NCBI GenBank assembly: GCA_964016885.1
Contig: OZ024742.1
Coordinates: 247,132,001 to 247,196,000 of the forward strand
Origin: Eledone cirrhosa
Taxonomy: Eukaryota
Reading direction: 5' to 3'
DNA length: 64,000 nt
The position numbers and the translations under genes are program-made. This document shows, piece after piece, positions 1 to 12,300 of the stretch; position 1 is the stretch's first letter, and each line of letters starts with the position of its first letter. Below the pieces are notes generated by a model that had not been told where the DNA came from, made no database searches, and worked only from the letters and a program-made list of their open reading frames with translations.

Positions 1-2310
1 TTTTTAAAGTCCTTCAGTATTATATCAGGTTTATTTGGATCTATTTTTCGGTCTGTTTGGATGCTAAAGTTCCACAAGATTGAGATGTGATCTTTTTCAA
101 GTATGGGAGGTGGTTGATGCTCCCACCAATTCTTTTGATGGGGCAGGTCAAAATGCTTACACATTATCCAATGTATGTATTGTGCAGCTCTGTCATGCCT
201 GTTTAGGTATTCGGTTGGAGTTATAGGACTGCACATTGAAATTATATGGTCAATGGTCTCTGGTTGTTTTTTGCATACACGGCATAATGGGCTGCATCCA
301 TTTTTTATTATGTTGGCTTGGTAATTTTTTGTTGGCAGACACTGATCTTATGCTGATATAATCAGTCCTTCAGTCTCCGATTTCAGTCCAGAGGATGCCA
401 ACCACCGATGGGTTAAAGTTTTGTCAACATCAGGATTGTTAGCTCGTTCTGGGTATTTTCCATACAGAGGCTTTTCTTGCCATTTCTTAGCCAGTTTCTG
501 TAGCAGTTCTTTCTTTGCAGTTACTTTTACCTGCTTTTCTTTTTCTGTGTTTTCCATTTCAGCAGTAAATGGGACTTCTGAAATTTGTAGTCCATTACTG
601 TATCTTTGTGCATCTTTTGTAATGGAATTTGATCTTTTGATGCTTTCGTGTTTCAAAACGAGTTTGATCATCCAATCATGTGATTCCCTTAGATATGTAG
701 ATAATCCAATTGTTGCAGTTTTCAACGCAATGTCTAACTGGATTAACCCACGTCCTCCTTCTTTTCTAGGGAGATATATTCTATCTATATCTGCTTTAGG
801 GTGATGCATTCTGTGCATGGTTAAGAATTTTCGAATTTTTGTATCGAGCGTACGGATCTCTGTGCTTGACCAGTTGATGACATTGTAACTGTAGGTTACT
901 ACTGGTATGGCAAGCGTGTTTATGGCATCGATCCTATTCCTTGCATTCAATTCCGTTATTAAGATTGCTCTTACTCTGCTGTAACATTCCTTCCTTATCC
1001 TTTCCCTCATTGTCGAGTGCTTGAATCCGTCTCCTTCACAAACACCTAGATATTTGTAAGTATTTTCTTGATCAAGTTCTCTTATCACGTTCCCCCGATC
1101 AAGATTAATGTCTGAACGTTTCAGCAGCTTTCCTCTGGTGAACGTTGCTTTGGCGCATTTATCTAGTCCAAACTCCATTTTAATGTCATCACTGAACTGC
1201 TTCACAGTGGATAATAGCCCTTGCAATTGTTCATCATTTTTTGCAAATAGTTTCAGGTCATCCATGTAGAACAAGTGATTAATAGTTTTGTCATAATCTT
1301 TATATCCATGTTTTGTTTTATTGAGCATTTTACTTAATGGTATAAGTGCGATGCAGAATAAAAACGGTGATAAAGAGTCATCCTGAAAAATTCCAAAATT
1401 AATATTAACTTCTCCAGCTTCCAGTGATTTTGTTTCACTATTCAAAAGGAGTGTCGTTTTCCATGTCTTCATACTGAATGACAAAAACCTCCTGACAACG
1501 GGGGATATTTTGAAAATCTCTAAACATTTTTCAATCCAACTGTGTGGCAAACTATAGAATGCTTTTTTATAATCTATCCAAGCAATTGATAGATTTTTGT
1601 GTCTATTATGACAATCTTCCAGTATCATTTTGTTAACCAAAAGCTGATCCTTACAGCCATATGAGCCTCGTTTACACCCTTTCTGCTCAATGGGAAATAG
1701 GTCATTTGTTATCAGGTGGTCATATGTGTATTCAGTTAGGACTGATGTTAAAATTTTATACATTGCGGTCAAGCAAGTTATCGGTATGTCATTTTTGGGA
1801 TTGTTTGTCTCATCATTCTTCGGAAGCAGGAATGTAATGCCGTTAACTAGCCATGATGGTATCTTTTCTGGCTCCTTATCTATTTCATTGTAAAGTTGGG
1901 CTAACAGCTCATGAGACTCTGTGAAGGCATTTATCCAAAAATTTTGTATTTTGTCTTTTCCTGGGGATTTCCATTTGCTGGTTTTTCTTAGAGCCAAGCG
2001 CAACTGTTCAACTGTTATATTTTCCCATATTTGTTCCTCAAGGTGAGCTGTATCTTTCATTTGTCTGTCTATCCATGGGGCATGTATGTTATGAACTTTT
2101 TCTTCGGCCCAGATCTTGTCCCAGAATTCTTGCACTTCCTCCTTGGGTGGTATTGATTTAGCAGTTATTGTTGACTTACCAATTTTTCTGTAGAAGTTTC
2201 TTTGGTTGTTTTTGAACATATTATTGTCCTTATAGAATCTAGATCGTTTTTCAAAGCGCCTTATACGAGCAGCTTTGGCCGGCACCTTTTGCTCGATTAT
2301 TTCTATCAGC
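1..2310 (-). mobile_element. R4/Dong-like non-LTR retrotransposon (RT + CCHC + RLE endonuclease), copy A; 5'-truncated, runs off window edge
   Basis: ORF 348-2312 has RT motifs (SPGKDKIQNFW, WIDYKKAF, HLFYMDDLKL, YKYLGV). Bases 1-347 continue in frame with CRVCKKQPETIDHIISMC and PDIILKD. Begins directly after the (TAA)4 tail of copy B. Confidence 0.9.
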
Positions 2311-2312
2311 AT
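348..2312 (-). pseudogene. Reverse transcriptase portion of Dong-like ORF, cut by a premature stop before the zinc finger/RLE domain
   Basis: TAA at 348-350 where copy B has CAA (ISA* vs ISAQDQC); 5' end missing. Confidence 0.85.
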
Positions 2313-4145
2313 TATTATTATTACAGTTGCATTTATCTTGCTTTATGTTCATACGAGTTATCACCAAGTCACAACCAGTGACCTCAAGAGACAACAAGGT
2401 CCGCACTGTTCAAGAAAGAACATACATATTCACACATGCATCTTTAGTGTTTAGACTTGTGATGTACTTATATTGACAGAATCTTCCTTAGTATATGGGC
2501 AGTTCCCATTAGTACTATCTTTTGTATTTCTCCTATACGCGGGTTTCCTGGGATTTGCGATATGTAATCATTAGACCCCTTAGGTATCATTCCCAGAGTG
2601 CCTACAACCACTGGTATTGTTTTAGTTCTCAATTTCCACATTTTTCCAATTTCTATCTCCAGGTCCTTATACTTGCTCAATTTTTCAAATGTTTTTATAG
2701 ATACATTCTTGTCTATTGGAACAGACATATCAATTAGCAGGCATACCCTCTTTTGAAAGTCTTTCAATATTATATCAGGTCTGTTTGCATCTATTTTTCG
2801 GTCTGTTTGGATGCTAAAGTTCCACAAGATTGAGATGTGATCTTTTTCAAGTATGGGAGGTGGTTGATGCTCCCACCAATTCTTTTGATGGGGCAGGTCA
2901 AAATGCTTACACATTATCCAATGTATGTATTGTGCAGCTCTGTCATGCCTGTTTAGGTATTCGGTTGGAGCTATAGGACTGCACATTGAAATTATATGGT
3001 CAATGGTCTCTGGTTGTTTTTTGCATACACGGCATAATGGGCTGCACCCATTTTTTATTATGTTGGCTTGGTAATTTTTTGTTGGCAGACACTGATCTTG
3101 TGCCGATATAATCAGTCCTTCAGTCTCCGATTTCAGTCCAGAGGATGCCAACCACTGATGGGTTAAAGTTTTGTCAACATCAGGATTGTTAGCTCGCTCT
3201 GGGTATTTCCATACAGAGGTTTTTCTTGCCATTTCTTAGCCAGTTTCTGTAGCAGTTCTTTCTTTGCAGTTACTTTTACCTGCTTTGCTTTTTCTGTGTT
3301 TTCCATTTCAGCAGTAAATGGGACTTCTGAAATTTGTAGTCCATTACTGTATCTTTGTGCATCTTTTGTAATGGAATTTGATCTTTTGATGCTTTCGTGT
3401 TTCAAAACGAGTTTGATCATCCAATCATGTGATTCCCTTAGATATGTAGATAATCCAATTGTTGCAGTTTTCAACGCAATGTCTAACTGGATTAACCCAC
3501 GTCCTCCTTCTTTTCTAGGGAGATATATTCTATCTATATCTGCTTTAGGGTGATGCATTCTGTGCATGGTTAAGAATTTTCGAATTTTTGTATCGAGCGT
3601 ACGGATCTCTGTGCTTGACCAGTTGATGACATTGTAACTGTAGGTTACTACTGGTATGGCAAGCGTGTTTATGGCATCGATCCTATTCCTTGCATTCAAT
3701 TCCGTTCTTAAGATTGCTCTTACTCTGCGGTAACATTCCTACCTTATCCTTTCCCTCATTGTCGAGTGCTTGATTCCGTCTCCTTCACAAACACCTAGAT
3801 ATTTGTAAGTTTTTTCTTGATCAAGTTCTCTTATCACGTTCCCCCGATCAAGATTAATGTCTGAACTCTTCAGCAGCTTTCCTCTGGTGAACGTTGCTTT
3901 GGCGCATTTATCTAGTCCAAACTCCATTTTAATGTCATCACTGAACTGCTTCACAGTGGATAATAGCCCTTGCAATTGTTCATCATTTTTTTGCAAATAG
4001 TTTCAGGTCATCCATGTAGAACGGGTGATTAATGGTTTTGTCATAGACTTTATATCCATGTTTTGTTTCATTGAGCATTTTACTTAATGGTATAAGTGCG
4101 ATGCAGAATAAAAGCGGTGATAAAGAGTCACCCCGAAAAATTCCA
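2311..4145 (-). mobile_element. R4/Dong-like retrotransposon, copy B; 5'-truncated and frameshifted, with complete 3' end
   Basis: Near-identical to copy A. ORF fragments 3739-3996, 3163-3699 and 2468-3232 include CCHC and RPDIILKD..IDMSVP..KLSKY. 3' UTR 2324-2467 has a GGTCAC/GTGACT hairpin and a (TAA)4 tail at 2311-2323. Confidence 0.9.
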
Positions 4146-4158
4146 TTATTATTATTAC

Positions 4159-4198
<40 letters not shown>
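4146..4198. repeat. (TTA)n microsatellite, target of the Dong-like copies
   Basis: Direct reading; abuts the truncated 5' end of Dong copy B. Confidence 0.95.
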
Positions 4199-7100
4199 GG
4201 CGACCTACTTAGTAAATCGTATCATCGTGAGCTCCGCAAAGGTTTGTTATTTTCAGTTGTTTAAAATTGCCATTTATGGAAAATTTTTATTATTAACTGT
4301 ATATAAGTGCACATATATTGATTTCTGAAAAGGACACTAACAAATATTGGGGCCTTGAGCCCAAAATTTAAACTTTTTATAATTATCAAACAAAAAAAAT
4401 TTCTTTGAAAAATCATGGACGACTCAGAGTCACACCTTCCTCACAAACCAACACCTCACACCGACACAACAATTGTAAATATTACTACGTTTGCCAACAC
4501 TAGAAATATAAGCAGTAGCAATATTTTAAATTTGTCTCAGCCAGACATTCATTTCCCGCCGTTACCAATGACTGCAGGTGTTAAAGCCGCCACCCCCACC
4601 ATCACAACGACAACGACAGCAGAAACAAAATAATAAAATAAATTAACTCGTGATATCGAAATGAATTCAACCAAAATGAACTCTTCCACATCGAACACCA
4701 CTGACGCCACCAGCACCACAATTGAAACTAAAATTAACAATAACAAAAATAACGATAACAACAACAGCAACAATGAAATTAAGAAAACTACCCTGAGTTT
4801 TGCCAGAGTAGCAAAAACGTGCGAAGCGATCCAGGTAACTCAGGAGGAATTAGAAGAAGTCAAAAGAATGGTAAAGAAAGATGGTTACAAGATCAGCCCC
4901 CCCCCCCGCACATACACACCTAATAAAATGGAGCATCGTCGCCTATGCACCGTATCTTATCGGACAATTAACATAAAATCGCGCCGAGATGAACGGGCAT
5001 CCGAGTCCCAAATCCAAAAAGCTTTGGGATATGTGTGGGCAAAAAAAACCCACATCAGACGTGGGCAGTAATATGGAACCGTGGACGTGTACTTTGAAAC
5101 AGCACAGGAGGACAGAGAACACTCCATCGCCCCATTAAGAAGTGACGACTTCACACTCGTCCCAAGCTATTGTGGCCAGAGACTTGTGAAGATCAGGGTG
5201 ACCCACGTTCCACCGGCCATCGAAATTCCCTAGCTAATGGCTGCCGTCCTCGCCGGCATTGAGGCCAACACCAAGATAATCGAAATAGCGAAAGAAAAGC
5301 AGGAGAAGTGGTCCGGATCTGGGATGGAGCTCCTGATCCAAGCGGACCATAAAAGCATTGAGGAGATCCCAGAGGCAGCATTGAGGAGATCCTCACTGAC
5401 GGCAGCCACCTCACCGTAATCGTCGAGGGCAGAAGGCCTAGGTGTGTCGTTTGTGGTGAAGGAACCCACATAAGGGCTTCCTGCCCTCAGGCTAAAAAGT
5501 TGAGGCCACCTCTCTTACCCACCCCAGTGACTCAACCATCAGCACCACCAGCAGCAGAGATGGCAGCAACAACTGTAGCAGCAACAACAGAAGCAACTGT
5601 AACAGCAACAACCGCAGCAACAGTAGCAAAACCAACACCACCATCACCCAACGCGCCAGAACTAGCACCAGCGCCTACACCATCCACCACGCCACAACCA
5701 GAACCAACGCCTGTGGAGTATTTTTCACTCGCCGGCTTATCGCAACTGGAGACAGATTGTGACGATGAGGAGTGGGAAACGGTATCAGGAAAAAAGAAAA
5801 AAAGAAACCAAAAAAGAAAAAAATTCTCTTTATTCCCCCTCCAAAAACAAAATACAGAGAGAAACAAATAAATTATCAAACAAAAAAGTTAGGACAGATA
5901 TGCCACCATCCACACCAGCATCACCAACCCCATCACCACAAACACCAACATCATCACCATCATTAATCCCAACACCACAAAAGTCACCAAAAAGCTTAAC
6001 AGAAACAAACCCACAACAAACGCAAACAAAACAAAACAACCAAAACGATACACACTACACAGCATTAAATTTGAACAACAACCAATTATTACACTACATG
6101 CAACACAACACCAGCATCACAGAAAAAGAATACACAACAACCCAAACGTTCACACCACCTCCACACATACAAATCACTCGCATCACACAGAAAACGTACA
6201 CGACACTGAAACAAAAATTCCCCAAAGACATCGGAGACTTCCGACAAACACTCTCCAGGAGGATTTATAAGGACATCCTTCCTGAGGAAGCCACAAGCAG
6301 TGAAAAGGATGGAGAAACCACCCTTCCTCTACGAGAAGTAAGGTAAGTGGTCTTTCCCATCTTTTCCACTCCATTTCAACATGACCTCACTCAGAATAGG
6401 CAGCATAAATGCGCGTGGCTTGGGGTCGTTATGGAAGCAGGGCCACCTGCTCAACGACCTCAGGTCACTAAACATAGATGTAGTGGCCATCAGCGAGACC
6501 AAAATCTCCAAAGCACGGGCCTTCGCACCGATCTTCGGCGGCTACGATGTGTAGGCATCTCCAAGCCGTCCGGGATCGGGGGGAGGAGTTGCTGTGCTTT
6601 TTCGGAGAGGTTTGGATCTCGCCATACGGGCCATCTTCCTGGACCCAGAAAGTAAGTTAGTGGTGCTAGACGTGACCAGCGGAGACGGGCAAGCTTTCAG
6701 GCTAGTGGCCGTCTATGCCCCGACAGGAGCAGGGCGGCCTGATTTCTTCCGGCGTCTGTAGACCTTTCTCGGAACGTCCTGCTTTTTAGTATTAGTGGGC
6801 TACTGGAACGGGATCTTAGATGCACGCTGGGACTGTGTGGGATTAACGGATAGAGGAGGAGGGTGCAAGAGCCTCACCAAACTTCTCAGGCGTTTTGAAC
6901 TGTCTGACAGGTACCGATTGGATTTCCCGAATGTGCCAATGTGGACTTGGACAAACCGCGTCGGATCATCCAGATCATATCTAGATAGAGTATTTTGTAG
7001 GGAAATAGATAGATCTAGCATAGGCTGTCCACAATTCAAGATAGTCAGCTACACGGACCACAAATTCGTGATCTTTGTGCTTGACTTAGATAGGCTTCAT

Positions 7101-9273
7101 AGACGAGGACCCGGCTACTGGAAGCTAAACGCGTCCTTACCTGCACGCACGGCCTACAGAGACCGGATTAGCGAACTAGTTAAGCGGGCGTTGATGGGGG
7201 CCATCGTCAACAACAACTGGTGGTTTGCTCTGAAAAGAGCATTTAGAATAGAGTCCATTAGGTTTAGTAAGGCTTTAGCAATAGAGAAAAATAGAGCAGA
7301 GGGAGAATTAGTTAGACGAGGCGCTTAGCTAAGGCATAGCGACCGACTTACTTACGGCGAAATTGGCCCTTGACCAATACTTCAATGCAAAGCACGAAGG
7401 CTGCGTTGTCAGAGCTAGGGTACGTGCTCTCAGACACGAGGGGGCGAAAGCCGTTCAATGGGCCCGAATGACGGAGGCGCGTCATGGCAACAAAGCCACG
7501 CTCCGGTCTTTGGTGGACCACGACGGGCGCATGCTACTCGATCCCGGGAATATCTGTGTAGCTTTTCAGCGACACTTCGCTCAGCTGTTCGGGGGAAGCG
7601 GCGGGCCGGATCGAGGGATGGACTTTAGTGTCTACCTCGACGGACAACCGCGGTTCTCGGCCACTGAGGCGGAGTGTTGCAGAGAGCCGATAACAGCAGC
7701 TGATATACTGGAGGCAATGACTGGCTGAACAAGGGGTAAATCGCCTGGTTTGGATGGTCTGCCCTATGAAATTTACGTACAGATGCCAGACTTGTTCGGA
7801 GGCCTCTTGGCGGACGTCTACTGCAACTGGCAACAGAACGGGAGAATTCCCAGCTCTGTGAGCCGAGGAGCGCTGGCGCTGCTGCGAAAGGTTCAGAACA
7901 AGGGGGATAACATAGATAATTTCAGGGCCATAACTCTGCTAAACACAGAGTTCAAGATTTTGGCCAAGGTGCTAGCAAAGAGCTTGGCGCTCTTCGTTGG
8001 TGGTCTGGTGGGAAAGGCGCAGACATGCGCCATTACTGACAGATCCATTCACAACAACCTCCGCCTCATGCGATACATCGTAGAGATTGTAGCTAGGGAA
8101 CATGACACGGGTGGGTCCTTGATAAATTTAGATCAGTCGAAAGCTTTCGATAGGGTCGACCATCGTTACCTAGTGGCAGTCCCGAGGGCGGCTGTCTTTG
8201 GGACCGTATTCAGAGGTTGGATCGCTGCCATGCACAGCGGCATCTGCTCTCTGGTGAGTGTGAACGGCCACCTTTCGGAACCGTTCAAACCATGCGCTCG
8301 GTCCGCCAAGGATGTCCCCTCTCGTCCATCTTGTACGTATTGACTCTCGAGCCATTACTGCACAAACTGGAGACGTTGAGTGGGTCCCGCGCGAACTAGG
8401 ATGCGGAATATCCGTGTCAGCATATACGGAGGATGTCACTGTAATGGTGTCGAAAGCCAAACACATCGAGGCGATCGGCACTACACTAACAGAATACGAA
8501 GCGGTGACAGGAGCAATGATCAACCAGGAAAAGTCAGTGGGCCTGCAGCTCGGCACCTGGAGAATCATGTCCATGCCGTCCAACAGCGTCGTTGGGCGCT
8601 GGACGGACGGACCAGTTAAATTGCTCGGGATCTGGTTCGGTCCGGACCTCCAGACGGATAAAAACTGGGACGAGGTGACGAGCAGGGTGGCTTCTCTCGC
8701 CCAGAAATGGGCGGAGAGGAAGCTATCCCTGAAAGCTCGAGCGGAGGTGAGTAACGCGTATATCGCGTCCGTCATCTACTACCGCATGACCGTCGTACCT
8801 TGTCCTAACTGCGCTGGAGCGTTTGCTCTTTCGCTTTTTGTGGAAGGGACGCGCTCCGATGGTCAGGAAGTCCATCTGCTGTCAACACCCGCTACGTGGA
8901 GGGCTGGGAATGCCGTGGTTGATGATGCGCAGACACGCGCTCAGGCTACGATATCTCCACCTCTTCCTCGACGGTGATCAGGTGTGGTCGCCGTTTGCTA
9001 GACGCGTCTTTTCCCAGCTCGTCTCCTTGACGGAGCTGCAGACCTGGGTCAAGCGAAGACCGAGAGGGAACTTTTGGAGACTGGAATGTCTTCAGGCGCT
9101 CTCAGCCCTCGTCCAATCGGGCAATGTGATCGGTGGAAACTCCACCTTGGCGTTCTATAGAGGATTAGTGGAGGGGAAGAGCGACGATGTACTTGGGGAA
9201 ACTCTAGGCGTCGACGAAAATCAACTAGCCAATCTCTTCGGAAGAACTTTCGGGCCGGGACCTATGGACAACT
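4199..9273 (+). mobile_element. Tx1/L1-clade non-LTR retrotransposon, copy 1; degraded, 3' end missing
   Basis: ORF1 fragments 4415-6346 with gag-like knuckle CVVCGEGTHIRASC (~5444-5485). ORF2 from ATG 6381 (MTSLRIGSINARGL, APE endonuclease; SRSYLDRVF, DHK, GPGYWKLN, LDQSKAFDRVDH, RQGCPLS). Several stops and frameshifts; homology ends at GGACAACTT 9273. Confidence 0.88.
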
Positions 9274-9315
9274 TGATTTATTACAAGGTATGTAATGCAG
9301 GCCTATCTATCTATC

Positions 9316-12300
9316 TAGACACACAAATGAAAAAAAACCCTCCCCAAAACATAACACTGACACCAACACAAAAGAGCTCACAACAGCAAACAAAAAACAC
9401 CACACAAAAACAAAAACATGCATACACATACATAAATACAAGAAACAAAAAACTGTTAAACATTGTGTACAACAACAATCTAATAAAAACACAAGGGCCT
9501 AACTTCACCCAGGCAGGGGATTTCCCCCACCTCAAAATGATTAAGGCTCCACAGGACACCTATAAAACTTTAAAAAACAATTTTAAAGAGGACGTGGGTC
9601 CCCCCTGCGTCGGGCCCATTAACCGCGTCCTCCTAAAAAACTATCCCACCCCCTGCCCAAACACCCACACAACTCCAAGCTCCCCAACCACACAACACAC
9701 TGATGCCCCCACACTTCCACAAACCACCACCCCACCCAACAACCCATCCCCCACCCTAATGGAAATTGTGCAGCCCGATACCCAGGACGCAGAGAGGTAA
9801 GTGCCTTTTCTCTTCACCACCAACATGGCTATGCTAAGAGTAGGCTGTTTAAATGCGCGTGGCCTGGGCTCAACTTGGAAGCAAGCAATGCTTCTAAATG
9901 ACCTCAGGTCACAACGTATAGATGTGATGGTTATTTGCGAGGCCCGGATCAGCAACGTGCGACAGCTGGCCCCCACCTTTGATGACTTTGAGATGCACGC
10001 ATCTCTCTGTCAGCCCGGAGGTGGGGGTGGAGTTGTCGTTCTGCTGCAAAAACATCTGGGTCTCGCAACACAGATGGTACATTTGGACCCGGAGGGTCGA
10101 CTAGTGGTTCTGGACCTTGGCAGTGGTAAAGGCGGAGCGTTTAGGTTGGTAGCCGCCTACGGCCCTTTCGGGTCAATGCGGCCGGACTTCTTCCATCGTC
10201 TGGAGACTTTTCTGGGGACGTCCCGCTCCTTGCTATTAGTGGGGGACTGGAATGGTATCCTAGATGCACGCTGGGACTAAGTAGGGGCCTGCCCCGATAG
10301 AGAGGGGTGTAATAGCCTCAAAGGGTTAATCGGTCGATTTGACCTGGCCGATAGATATCGACTAGATTTTCCGACTGCGCCAACCTGGACTTGGGCAAAT
10401 CGTAGCGGATCATCTAGGTCGTACCTAGATAGGTTCTTAGTTAGAATTAAGGATAAGGACTTTTTAAGTTGTCCAAAAATGTGCATGGTTGGCTATTCAG
10501 ACCACAAATTAGTGACCTGCATGGTCAACCTTGACAGAACTCATAGACAGGGCCCCGGTTACTGGAAGCTCAACTTGTCCTTGCCGGCAAGTAGAGCCTA
10601 CAGGAATCGGATTAGTACGTTAGTTAAGGAACGGTTGACTGGAGCGATCGTCAACAGCAGGTGGTGGGTATCTCTAAAGAGAGAGATTAGAGTAGTCTCG
10701 ATAGAATTTAGTAAGGTTCTAGCTGCGGATAGGAATAGGAAGGAAAGGGAGCTAATAGATAGAGTAGAAGAGGCAATTAGAAGCGGCGACGTGGCCAGAG
10801 TGCTAGCGTCGAGAACGGCTTTGAGCCAGTTTTTCGACGCGAAGCACGAAGGCTGCGTTGTCCGAAGTAAAATACGTGCTCTAGGGAACGAGGGGACCAA
10901 AGCTGTTAGCTGGGCCCGCGTGACAGAGGCCAACAGTGGAACTAAATCCACCATCCGGTCTTTGCGAGACCTGGATGGACGGGCGATTTTTGAGCCTAAG
11001 CAGATGTGTGAGGCCTTTCAAAGGCACTTTGCCCGACTGTTCGGGAGGGGCGGGGAGCCGGTTGGGAACGTGGACTTCGGTCCATACCTCGACGGCCTGC
11101 CGCGCCTCTCGGACAGGGAGGCGAAGTCCTGCGAGGAGCCGATTTCGGCCGCTGAGATAGAGGACGTGCTGAGCCAATGCGGCAAACGCAAATCCCCGGG
11201 TCTCGATGGTCTTCCTTACGAATTATATCTAGCTATGCCGGACTTGTTCCCCGATCTCCTCGAGGCGGTCTACTGCAACTGGCAACAGAACGGGAGAATT
11301 CCCTGTACTGTGACCAAGGGCGTAGTCACGCTAGTGAGGAAGGACGAGAACAAGGGGGACGAAATAAGTAACTTCAGGCCCATAACACTGCTAAATACAG
11401 AGTTACAGATTTTGGCCAAGGTGCTAGCAAAGAGGTTGGCGCTTGTCGTGGGCAACCTGGTGGGAGATGCGCAGACATGCGCTATCCCGTCCAGGTCCAT
11501 CCATGACAACCTCCACCTCATGCGATACATCATAGAGAGGGTTGGGAACGAACCCGGCTTTGGTGGGGCTCTGATCAACTTGGATCAATCTAAGGCGTTC
11601 GATAGGGTCGACCATGGTTACCTGGATGCGGTGCTAGCGGCGGCAGGCTTCGGACCCGTTTTCAGGGGCTGGATCACTGCTATGCACAGCAGCCGCATCT
11701 GCTCTAGGGTCAAGGTGAACGGCTACCTCTCGGAGCCGTTCCAAATCGCGCGGTCCATCCGACAAGGGTGCCCTCTCTCCTCCCTTCTGTATGTGTTGAC
11801 TCTCGAGCCACTACTGCGGAAGTTGGAGTTGTTGCAGGGCATCCCCTTGGAACCGGGATTGCGGAAAGCGGTGTCGGCCTACGCCGATGACGTGACAGTA
11901 ATGGTGTCGACGGCCTCCGAAATCGAGGCGGTCGGCACCTTACTGGAGGAGTACGAAAGGTTCACAGGGGCTAAGCTGAACCGGGACAAGTCGATCGGTT
12001 TGCAACTCGGCACGTGGAGGGGCAGACCGATGCCCTCCGATAGCGTCGTCGGACGCTGGACGGAGGGCCCGGTGAAGTTGCTCGGGGTCTGGTTCGGACC
12101 GGACCTCCAGGTGGAGAAAAACTGGGCGGAGGTTACGAACAGGGTGTTTGCACTGACCCAGAAGTGGGCCAGTTGCAAACTATCCCTGAAAGGTCGGGCG
12201 GAAGTGGCGAACACCTACATAGCGTCCGTCATCTACTACCGCCTGACCGTAGTGCCCTGCCCAAGGGAAACCCTCACCAAGATGGAGCGCGCGCTCTTCC

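Noticed and set aside
8823-9800. 325-aa ORF that looks like a novel fusion protein
   Set aside because: It reads from truncated ORF2 of Tx1 copy 1 through ~29 unrelated bases and (CTAT)3 into the ORF1 tail of copy 2; an in-frame join is expected by chance and there is no real start codon.
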